Of a stretch of 64,000 bases of DNA, positions 12,900 through 23,757 are shown one piece after another. Below the pieces are notes generated by a model, which saw only the letters and a list, made by a program, of their open reading frames with translations, had not been told where the DNA came from and made no database searches. The position numbers and the translations under genes were made by a program. This DNA comes from Raillietiella orientalis (Eukaryota): assembly GCA_036172245.1 (NCBI GenBank), contig JAYWIR010000002.1:3844001-3908000 (forward strand), written 5' to 3'. Position 1 is the first letter of the stretch. Every line of letters starts with the position of its first letter.

Positions 12900-13170
12900 T
12901 GGTTCAAAAGAGCTGGCTCCTCCCTCGGGATTTCCCCTCCAGTTTCGGGAAGCAGAAGCTACCGAGAAATTGGAAGTGTTTCCTTTGTCGTTCCTCCAGA
13001 GGAGTCGATCAGAAGCGCTTTCCTTCCGCATTACCTTGGGAAAGAATAAGGACGAGATCCTTCAGAGGCAAACAGAACGATAATTCCTTCCAAAGAGTAA
13101 AGAGGAGACGGACTCTAGCCTCGTAATCCTTCCTAGGTATTATTAGGGTGGCCCCTTCAGGGTTTCTCCC
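12900..13170 (-). repeat. Family B repeat fragment
   Basis: Reverse complement contains gaaaccct...gccaccctaa and gagtccgtctcctc, matching other family B copies. Confidence 0.5.
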
Positions 13171-14954
13171 TAAATGCATCACATGCACCCTCGTGTGGTG
13201 TCACAGCGAAAAGAAATATGTAAGCATTGTCAAGATGCTATGATGCCCTTGTGGATCAAGCAATAGTTCTTGAGTATTTAGCAAATCAAAAAAAAAAAAC
13301 GAAAAACAAAAAAGGCTGGAAGTAAAGCAACAACTAGAAGAACCCAAAGGATTCCCATCATCCTGGGGATCGGACGTGTTGTTTTCTCGCTCCCGGATGG
13401 TGGGTGTTTACTTAATTAATAAGTGAGGGTGAGGTTGTGGAGACTCGGTGGTGGCAAAGGCAGCAATGCCTGACCCACCACCAAGGAAGGTCAGGAGGCG
13501 GTGTCCGCATCGATTCCTCAGGCTATCGAAGTGGGGGAATCCACCTTCACAGAATCGTCCCTCGCACCAGCAAGGGCATGGAACGCCGTGGCTGCGGCTC
13601 TGTCGCCTGCAGCAATGGCAGAACAAAGAAACTACATCGAGTACAACCCATCTCTCTTCTATAAGGTAGGCAATTTGTATTCTCTCAAGAGCGCGAGTGC
13701 CTTTTTGAAGACTGCACGCTCTTAATGTGCCTCAAGAGGAGCTTCTCGCCCTCACCATATGAAGTGAGGGTCAGTTCGTTGAACTGATCTGCAAGGACCT
13801 GATCTTCAGGTGTAGCTCCACGACTTTGAGGACTCTCTTTGTGTTGCGAGACAGGAAGCTCCTCCTGATCACGATGGACCGCTCTATAATGGTCCATCTA
13901 CTCGGCATAACGTTCCGGATGAGCAAAGATGCCGTCCGGAACGAAAGTGAAAAATTCGAAACGGTACACGCGCTAGCCCTCTACCTTCGTATGGATTTCC
14001 TGGCAGCGAGAATCACCGTTCGCGAGGGCTGTGAGTTGCCCCACATACTGCAAGGGAATCAGTGGACTTGTAGTACGTGAGGAAACCCAAGTACTGCGGC
14101 TTTTGCAGCTCTTCGGGTTACCCCAAAAAGAGGTGCCCGAATATTCAATGCCAGCAGTGCGGAATCACGGACTACACCCAAAACGTGTGCCCTCAATGTA
14201 TCATGCGCGACGTTCCCGCCGAAAAAAAAAAAAAAAAAAAAAAGGGAGAACGCGTGGTTAAAACAAAAGAAAAACAAAAACCGGGAAACTCGGTAAAGCG
14301 TCTATTACACCGCCAACCAAAAAGGCTACGCAGTCCTCTGCTTCAGGGGAAACTGAGCATGCCGGGGACGCATACGAAGAGGCTGGATGGACGCTGGTCG
14401 TGAGCAGGAAAAACAAGGCGAAGAAAACCTATACGAAAAGAAGGCGGGACTCCTCACCGGAGAAAGTCTCGCGCTTCGAGCCGAGGAGGCAATAGAGACC
14501 GAAGGGAGCGCCAATTGTCCCCTATTGCTGGAGGCTACCCATCCCTGCGCGGGCGGTATTCCACCGCCAGTTTCCTAGGAGTAAATCCCGGGATCTCTTC
14601 TCGCCACCGGCTACGCGTGGCCTATTGGAACGTAAACGGACTGTGCGACGGCGGCAAGAGACGGGACATAACCTCCACTCTGAGAGACTTTGACCTGGTG
14701 CTGTTGCAGGGGATCCACGTGACCCCCACGCCCACGAAATCGAGAGAATCGCTGGTGGTAGCCTGCTCTGGGGTTGCGGTTCCCTCCGCTCCTGAGGAGT
14801 GGCCTTCCTGCTGGAGCCGGCCGTCGACGCAGCCAGACAGGGCGTGCTCTTCGACGAGGACGGTCGAGTTGGACGGCTTGTGGTCAAGTGGTCTGACACG
14901 ATTGACCTCGTCATCATGAACGTGTACACTCTCAGCGGCAATTGGGCCTACTTA

Positions 14955-16088
14955 AACAAAAAGAAAAACAAAAATCAAAAATAAATAAAGGAACTGGGGA
15001 GAGCGCGGGAAGGGATCACAGTCTGCTGGGTGGATCCGTCATTTCCTCTGGAGGATGACGGCAAGCTCTTCCTGAATGCTGACTTCCAGGTGGGGCCACA
15101 GCGTCGCCGTCCTCAGGAAGCGGAGGGCATATTCGCTGGCATCTTATCGCTGGGTCCTCCCGTCGCGTTGCTCCATGCAGCGACGATCCCGCGTAGGCAG
15201 CACAGGACTGCTAGCGAGACCGCTGGCGGAAGGGGGTCGCGAACGATAGGGGGTCTGATAGCGGCCTTGGAGTTGCCTCCGAAGGTTCCCACAGCCGCGG
15301 CAAAGCATTCCCAGAGAGGCCTGAGAGCAACACAGTCCACTAACAGGTGGGATTGCATTGGGGCCTGCTCTGCAACGCGCGCTGCTTCCACTGGACCCGG
15401 GGGAGAGTGAATCCTGAGTGTGCCCGGTGTGGGGAGAGGGAATCGCTCCCCCACCTTCTTGTTGACTGTGCTGCCCTCCGACCCCTGTGGGAACGGTTTG
15501 GGACGACCCTAGGGCTCCCTACGGGCAGCGCGCCCAGAGACGTTTTCCGCCTCCTCTTCGTGCGGGACGCCCTGCAGCCAGCCGCAGCCGTGGCAGCATT
15601 ATGCTGCATCCGTGGCATCGTGGCGGCGTGGAGTGATAGACGCGACGAAGATGTGGACCAGAACGAGAGGGACGTCATCCCGTATGCTGTTCGCTTCCTG
15701 ACGAGAGCTTCTGGATGGCCCCAGCTGGGTACAATTCGGATGGACTCAAAGGGCTTCCTTCGAAGGATGGGCCCTCCTCCCAGTGCAGAGTGATCCCTTC
15801 CCAGCCCTCCAACTTCTTTTTGTTTTCCTTACTTTTCATTTTTCTTTTTGTTTTCTCCCCCATCCCTTCCACTGCCGAGGAGAGCCACGTCGGGCTGCGT
15901 CCCGGCAGGTCCGGTGTTGTGTGGCCGTTAGTGGGGCCTGGTACCACGTTAGTGGAATGTTTTTTTAATAAACGCCCCGGGATTACCCGGGTGGAAATAA
16001 CAGGTGGGGTGGGATTCTCGCTCCCCGCACCTAACACAGTTAGGGTCGACACCTCACCGAGTCCAGTGGTGACGGCGTGCGTTGCACG
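14955..16088 (-). mobile_element. Antisense LINE 3' fragment inserted in the larger element, itself interrupted
   Basis: Minus strand reads CNARRHHWTR*GVDPNCVRCGERES (16088-16009), then HLLVDCVALRPLW...AVLCCLRGIV...WPHLE (15351-15060), then a T-rich 3' UTR. Confidence 0.85.
15352..15997 (+). mobile_element. 5'-truncated LINE copy with 11-bp TSD
   Basis: TSD taacaggtggg at 15341-15351 and 15998-16008. Encodes the CCHC-type finger CARCGERESLPHLLVDC. Ends aataaacgccccgggattacccgggtggaaa. Confidence 0.9.
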
Positions 16089-19000
16089 GAAGACCCCAAT
16101 GCAGCACCAACAGCGCCGACCGAAGATCCTATCACGGTGGCGGAGGTCATCTCCGCCATCGGAAAGCTCAAGAGGCGGAAAGCACCAGGAGAGGACGGTC
16201 TGCCTGAGGATTTCTACCAAGGCTTCGCGGCAGAGCTTGCCGCTCTGGCACATCGGCTATGCACATTGATTCGTGAACCGAGCTCCTGGAACGCATAGGA
16301 TTCCCGGCATTCTTCTTGGCCTATCTGTGTTCCTCCTGGAGTTTCGCACTCGTTAACGTCTGTTTCAACGTCCGGCACGTGAATGGTGTGTCAGTTCGCG
16401 GCGGCGTAAGGCAAGTTGACAGCCTGAGCCCCCTGCTCTTCAGCATCTACTTCGAGTTGGTGCTGAGAGCAAAAAGGGGGACTCTGGCAGCCCTGCTGAG
16501 CTCGTGTCCGGAAACGTTTTCCGAGTCGATTTATGCAAACGATCTTCTGCTGCTAATCCCCATGTCCACCCCGGCGTCTGCACTCAAGCGCTTCTTCGAG
16601 TTGCTCAGCCTCGGGACTGGACTGTGGTGAACAGGGAGAAGTCGTACATAGTGTCGGTAGGTGCGATGAGGGTCGGACGGTCGGACTGGAATCCACTTGG
16701 GAATCCCCACGGGCGGGTGCTCTAAATACCTTGGCGTTCCGTTGGGGGACTTCTGCGTAGCGGAAACCAGGTCCGACCGTCTTAAAAAGGTAGAGTTGGC
16801 GATCGGCCCGTTCCAGAACGGCAAGTTTTGCTTACCGGAACGGGCCACGGTGTGCAACTCGTTTGTGGATCCCCTCCTCCGCTCCCTGCTTTTTGTTTGC
16901 CACGCCCCACCAAATGTCAAGAGGAAGACCGAGGACCTCCTCAGAAGAGTCTTACTCAGGAAGTCCAGAGTCTGTCTCAAAGACTTGTGTGCTCCGCGCA
17001 GGGATGATGGACTGGGCCCGCTTACAATGGAAATGATGGAGCGTCAGCTCCAATTCAGAAGACTTACTCTAGCGGCGCGAGTATGGACCACGTCCGGGTG
17101 CAGGCCAGAACGGCACCTCGCAAAGAGCGCAACCGGCCGCGAGCAACTCACATCCTTCCTCGTCGCTCGCGAGAGATTGCCGAGGCGTTGCGGATACCAA
17201 CTCCACCAGATGGTTGCCCTGGTGGAGAACACCTCGATCTCCTGCCTCCCCGAGAACTGGACTGCCTGGCTCCAGGAGTCGGTTTGCGCCCGAAGAAAGA
17301 ACGGCGCGAGCGAGGCGTGGTACGCCTGCCTGCAGCGAGACATGAACACTCGCAGGTCGTTGGAGGAGATCGTCCGTAACCCGGAGAATATGCGGTGAAC
17401 TCTTCTACCCCCCTTGCCATAGTGCTGCCTTCCATAACAGACGCAAGGGACAGCGTGATCCCGGCAAGGTGGGAAGTGACGCACAGAAGCGGAGACGAAA
17501 CTTCTGGGCAACTCGGGAGGTGACGGACAACTGAGACCCCGAGTGTCTCACCCCAATTTCACGCTGGGGAGAGCTGGTCGGTATCCCACCGGAGTATGTG
17601 AACTGGGCTCCAGCGTGCTGGTACAGTGCAACCCTCCCACTGAAGTGGTAGGAATTGGCGTTTCTGGACTCGCAAGGGAGAATCTCGTGCAAGCGCACCT
17701 TCATCAGTCTGGACAAGGGGGAGTATGGATGCCGTTCAGTGTGGCAGGTACGGGAAGGAAACACTCCCGCACCTGCTGTTGAACTGTGCTGCCCTCCGAC
17801 CATTTGGGATTGCCTCGCGAGCATCCTAGCAATCCCAGCGGGCGGCCCCAGAACATTTGGAAACACCTCTTCGCGCGTGGTGCCTCTGCCTTCAGCTCAG
17901 TTCCTCGTAGTTCCCTGCTGCGTCCGCGGAACCGTGGCGGCCGGGGACGCGGGAAGGAGAGGTCGGAATAGCAGAGACACCCCTCCACCCCTCCCCGTGT
18001 AAAAATCCCCTCTCCTGCTTTGCTTTGTGTGTCTGTGTGTCTTTTTGACATTTTTTGTGTGTCTTGTTTTCCCTACCCCCACATTGAAGAAGCGGACCTC
18101 GCCAGTGCGCGTACCGGTCTTCGGCTGGTTCGCTGAGCGTGATAGAGCCAACGGTTCCAATACAAAAATGCATTTTCATTACGAAACGTAATAAATGCTC
18201 CGGCATCACTGGGTGATAATCATCCTAAGGCCAATAGCCACTAAGATGGGACACACCCCAAAATTGTTTTGCGCAGTTAGGCAGCTGATGATGGTGTCAA
18301 GAAGGTGTGCGGTAGCGCTTTACCAATTCCCAGCTGCAAGTAGATCTCTCACAATCATGAAGGATCTTCCCAAGCATGGAGTAAGTACAAACACCATAAG
18401 AATGCTAAAACATACAAGAATGCATTCTTCTGACAAGAGCAGGCAACAGTCCTTTCGTCAGTTTCTGAAGTACAGTGAAACTTTTGCAACTGATGGAGCG
18501 GGCGGTAGCACCATTTCTTTCTCCCATGGGAATAAGAGTCCTCTAAATTCCCCTCTGCAATACACACTTTCCAGCATGTATTCACAAAAAGCAAACTGCA
18601 CTTCCATACTCCCGCACTTAAGGAAAACCACGAACTACCAAAACTTCTATCGGATCACAACGCCGGATGCAATTCCAGGAGAGAGTTTCGATCAACTGCA
18701 CTTCCTACTGCTACATCATGTAGCAATAGGAAGTGCAGTTGACCTCTTTTAGAACGCAACACCAATGTCAATAGTTGTTTAAAATCTACTGAGCGATTTC
18801 ACAATGCATGCCATACAAAAACGAACGCTCAAATGGTTTTACCCTTACATGCTTGCTGGTGAGCACACAGGTCCCATCGACGCAGCAAACAGCAGCTTAC
18901 TCGGTGTTTAGGAAATATTGCAGCCTCAGAAACCAATCTTTCCAATCACATAGACCAGATGCAGGTGCACAAACGCAACACACTCGAATGCCAGGCAAAA

Positions 19001-19544
19001 GTTCCTTTTTACAGTTGGAAGCAGAAGCTGCAAGCATCCACATTTCCAAAGTTCTGCACTAAACTAAGATGTAATGATGTTGCCAAGGTAACTCATTGAT
19101 AGCACAAGAAAGGGAGTACAATGTACAAGCAAAAACATCCAAGAACAAGTTTTTGAAAAAGTGTTTTCCACCAGTTAGCTTGAGAGTTTGAAAATTTCTT
19201 CTTCACCATTTCCTTCCTCCCATCTTTTACATGGGAAATCAGAAAAAAGGCTCCCACACTGACGGACTTTCTTCCACGCAGAGAGGAAAGCGAGCTTTTA
19301 AAGACAATGCCATGTTAACATCCTGATTCTTTTGCATCACTGGGTGAATTTCATAACATTAGGAAATCATCATCTTCACTTGCAAACACGCTTCTTTCAA
19401 AGCAATTGGGAACAAGCATGCACATTCACCTGCAAAGTAGTAAACAAATTGGGGCAGATTCCAAAAGAGGAAACCAGGCTGTTTATTGGAATGCATTTCT
19501 TTTCCTTGCACAAACATCCTGTTGCCACTGACAAATGAAAAGAC

Positions 19545-21377
19545 TCAGTCTGGGCTGACACGGATTCCTGTCAACAAATACCCTCCTCCACCACTCATGT
19601 TTACACATGGGTGTGTCCTTTCTGGCAAAACTTGGTATTCACGCAACCAGGATTCTGTCAGCTTCATCAAAACGGCTAACTTTTTTTTACGCAACAGCGT
19701 ATAACAATCAATCAACGGCTGCAATGCTTTTCTGTGATAAGGAGTGAAACATGGAATATCCACTCACTTCAACGTAAGGATTGAAGATAACAAAGGGTCG
19801 GGACAATGCCAGACTGCTGACAAGAACTGGGAGGATCCTGACCGGATGCTGCCTGCAAGCAATCACCAATCCATCGTACTGCTTAGTAGGGTAAGTTTCT
19901 GTTGCACGTTTCTGAACATCCGGGCAATCTTTGTGTGGTAAGGAGACTACCTCGTACCTTCAATACACAAAGGCATACCAGCATGTGTAGCATCCAAAGG
20001 AACAGCAGATTGGCACTGGACCAACTCTTTCACAAAGACATCTAACGAAACAGTATGCAGCTGCTCTAGATGCTTGCTGTCAAAATTCATCATCTGCAAT
20101 GCAGGTCTAGAGAGACGACAACAATCAGGCACACACCTGATGCACACTTGCCTGCTTGGTTTGCTCTCTGAATGAATATGAGTCAATGTGCTGTGCTGGC
20201 CCAATCTATCGAGCAAAGCTGCCACCACGAGTCCCATGCAGCCACACTCAAACACTAAGTACTGACATCCAGGCATCAGATTGGAGAAACAGATCATCTG
20301 AGACAGGGTGTCCACTCGCAGATTACTGCACACATGATCAATCCCATCAAATTACAGCATTCACAACTTACAGGATGCTCTGAGGATCTTGCTGGTATAA
20401 GTGCATGCACAGGAGAGCGATGGAAGGATGCAAAACATCAACGGCATCGTGGTACTTTTTCTTTTTTTTCCGAACATATTTTTCTTGTGCCAAATCGGTT
20501 TTTCCTAAATAAGTACTGCTGTTTTCAACCAGATGTTCCACCATGGCATCTCCTATGAACCCTTGCTCTTTCAAAGCCAAAATGTCCTCTTGCCCTAGTT
20601 TTTGCGACTTTCCATGAGTATCTATGATGTTTCTGTTATCAGATCCAAAAGCTTTTCCAGGTACTGGAATCATATTTCAACAAAGAAATCAATGAAGACC
20701 TCATCATGGCTCGGATGAACACGTCTTTCGAGTTGGAAAAAGAATCTGCCGCATAAATGGGTTCACATAATTAAATAGGGATGCATTCCATCGACGAAAT
20801 CAAATGCGCACACCACTTTGAGACGATGGCAAATTGAATCAGTTGAATCCCTCGTATGGGGAAAACACAGTGGGGAGTGTGTTCCTCCAAGAAACAGTGC
20901 GATCCCAAAAGAAATTTCGTTCAAGACTGCAAAGTTCCGTTTGCACATCGGAACGAGTCGCTGATCAGCCATTCACTCACACTCTACCCTGGTCCGAATG
21001 AAACCGATCCTCTCATGCAGATACGGGCAAACTGCTCGTGGCACTTTTTTCCCCAACCCGTACGGTTTACCGTCAAAACAGACAGCCTTCAAATACCTGA
21101 CGAAATGTTGTTTTCCGCGTCTCCATACAACGGTTGCAAATTATAAACGTTTTCTTTTGCATCTTTTACCAACTTGAAGGAGGATCCATACGGGCAGTGC
21201 AGTAATTCGCCAATGCGAATCTTGTCTTTCAAGATCTGGCTCGTTCTGCAACGAAGTGGCACGAATTCACGATCGTGCAGGAACCAACTTCCCCACTTAC
21301 TGACTTTCGTGTCGAACCTGACACAATTTGGTAACTTCCCCTCGCTTCACAAACACGTAATCCCCTTTCTTGATCAT
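19545..21377 (-). CDS. TRMT6: TRM6/Gcd10, copy 2 (inverted duplicate)
   Basis: Exon ORFs are identical in translation to copy 1 (20368..20673, 19947..20333, 19545..19763). ATG at 21377-21375. Confidence 0.92.
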
Positions 21378-23323
21378 GTCATCCCCTCACCATGCTGCTC
21401 TTCGCCCGCAACTCGGGCTGCGTGCGGACGGCCGCCAACTTGGAACGGTGGCGGCGGCGGCAGCAGCAGCGACCACCGTCCTTCTGCCAACACCTTGGCG
21501 CGCACCGCACGCAAGCAGAAAGGCATTGCCACCGCCGTGAGCACTTCCGGCACGATGTTCAAAGGAGTGCAGCGAGCGACTCGTCGCAAAAGCCGTGTTC
21601 GTCTCCAACGCCATGCCGACCTCCACGTTCGTCATCGTGGAGAAATGCCCCCCCCCCCCCCCACCACCCCCAACACGGTGCACGCTGGCCTTCCTCCAGA
21701 GTCAGCGATCCCTGGCAACGCTCAGGAAAACACCTTTCGGCAACGCAACTTCCGCGACGGTATTCCTGAATTCGAAAATCTACCCTTCGAGTGCACACGA
21801 CTGCTTTCGATTGCCTAGGAAAGTCGTGACCGGGTGCTTTTTCCGTCCGTACTTTTGTTTGCCGCCCCCCAAGGGGAAACCTGCAGGGTCGAGCACCGCA
21901 TTTCGAAGGTCCAAACGCAAGGATTGGCACTTTGCAAGCCAACTCGGTGCAACGGGCAGCGAAGGAGGGTGGGTGTCACAAGAGTGCCCCCCTCACGCAG
22001 ACCTCCGCAAATCCTCCGACAACGCCCACGCGGTGCTCTTTGACGAGAATCCCTCAGCCGTTCAGAGAGGAGAAGCCCGCACCCCGGAAACGGCTCGATG
22101 CAACCCCTGCCGGATTGCCGAGCAGGCGGTTCCTTCAAGTCCACCGGGGGGATTCGTAGAGGTTGCACAGCAGCCGTCGTGCGTCTCCCCGTTTCCATCA
22201 AATATCACATGCAAATCTCCATTACATGGAAGCCATCGGGAAATGACAGCCACGGGTCCAGCCATCGTTCCGCATAGGGAAGAGAGAGAGAGAGAGAGAG
22301 AACAAAAACGAATCCTGGACGACGAATTGATGACGAGTCAAATAATCACATCACATGCAGAGGTTTCTTGCTGTTGCCTTTCCAGCCTGACCCGAGAAAG
22401 TGCTTGTCGTTCACTCGCAATTCGTCATGGATTCTCTCATCCGTCGCCGTGCATCGCTCGGCCATCGCTGCTGTCTTTTTTGCTTTTTGTTTCTTTTTGT
22501 AACAAAAAAAAAAAAGAAGGCAACAGGTCGACGATTCGCTCTTCCATGCTTGCTGTCTCTCCCACCGAGCATTCGCTGGAACGCTGATGCAAATTATCAG
22601 TTTCCATTGCAGATGAAACGTCTCCACTCGGATTCACATCAGCGAACTAAAGCAATTCCGATGGGTGCCGGATTCTTTTCGGAAACTTTCCAAGCTCTTG
22701 CCGAATCGGATTCGTCCTGGGGAGAGGGGAAGGGGGTCGAAAGTGACGAAAAGGGTATCACCGTGATGCGAAACGCACCTGGACGGGACAAATGTGCTGT
22801 TTCCGTCACGGGTGGCACCAAGAACAGCCTCACCAGCCACGCCTCACCAGGCCGAGCGTTTTCGAGGGGAAAAGGCGAGCGTCGATTCGAGCAGCCGGCA
22901 AGTCGGCGGCAGCTGCATGCAAGTCTCCCGTCGAACCCACCTTGCGCGGGTGCCGTGCCTGTGGGCAAGCAGAAACTGCTCCGAAACGCCATTCGGAACG
23001 GCACTCGACTCGCATTGCGAATCCCAGCCGTGTGCCACACTCACCCGCGTCCGAACCGGAAGCGAGAGCGAACTCACCCCCTCCCAGCGCGCAACTCGCC
23101 CGCTTCCCGTCGCGCTTGCCATCACCCGCCCCCTCGAAACCAACCCCATCCCCACCTGACTGCAGTCTGTCCGGTGGTTCGACCGGTCCGGCAGGCGTCA
23201 TCCGCCTACTTCGCCAGAGGAGCGATCGCAGGAGGCGGGGAAGCTGGTGCGCGCGCGCGAGTGTGGCGTGCGTGCGAGCGTGGCGCGAGCTGCACCAGGC
23301 CGAAGCCGAGTTTCGCGTGGTCG

Positions 23324-23757
23324 TTGCCACCCGGTCACGCCGGGGCGTTTATCAAAAATTCTCTATAATTCGTGGTACGAGGCCCCACTACGGCCAACTC
23401 AACAGGACCTGCCAGGTTGCCGGTACGCAGACCGGCGCGACTCTCCTCGGCAGCGGAAGGGGATGGGGGGGGGGGAAACAAAAAGAAAAATAAAACATAA
23501 CAAACAAAAAGATTTTGGAGGGTTGGGGAGGGATCACTGACCACTGGGAGGAGGGTCCATCCTTTGCAGGATGCCCTCGAGGTCCGTCCGTATGATTCCC
23601 AGGTGGGGCCATCTGGTCGCAATCCGCAGGTAGCGGACTGCAAGTTCGACGGCATCCCTGTCGTGGCTCGGTCTTCTTACGTCGCTCCAGCACGTCACGA
23701 TCCCACGGACGCAGCAAAGTGCGGCCAGGGCAGCGGCTGGTCGCAGGGCATCCTGCA
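23324..23757 (-). mobile_element. Mirror copy of the TSD-flanked LINE fragment at 3613-4046
   Basis: Part of the right arm, with the same TSD on both sides, so the insertion predates the duplication. Confidence 0.88.

Larger units (their letters stand above)
13615..18219 (+). mobile_element. Near full-length, pseudogenised L1/Tx1-like non-LTR retrotransposon, interrupted by nested copies
   Basis: ORF1 has two degenerate zinc knuckles (CGFCSSSGYPKKRC...CQQCGITDYTQNVC, ~14095-14200). APE start LRVAYWNVNGL (~14610). RT motifs PITVAEV..KAPGEDGLPEDFY (~16130-16220), GVRQ.DSLSPLLF, IYANDL, KYLGVPL. 3' terminal motif at 18190-18219. Many frameshifts. Confidence 0.88.

Noticed and set aside
13357-13364. 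atcatcct as TSD partner of 18218-18225 for the long LINE
   Set aside because: Only 8 bp, and the 3' end at 18219 appears to have been brought in by the duplication, so the match is likely chance.
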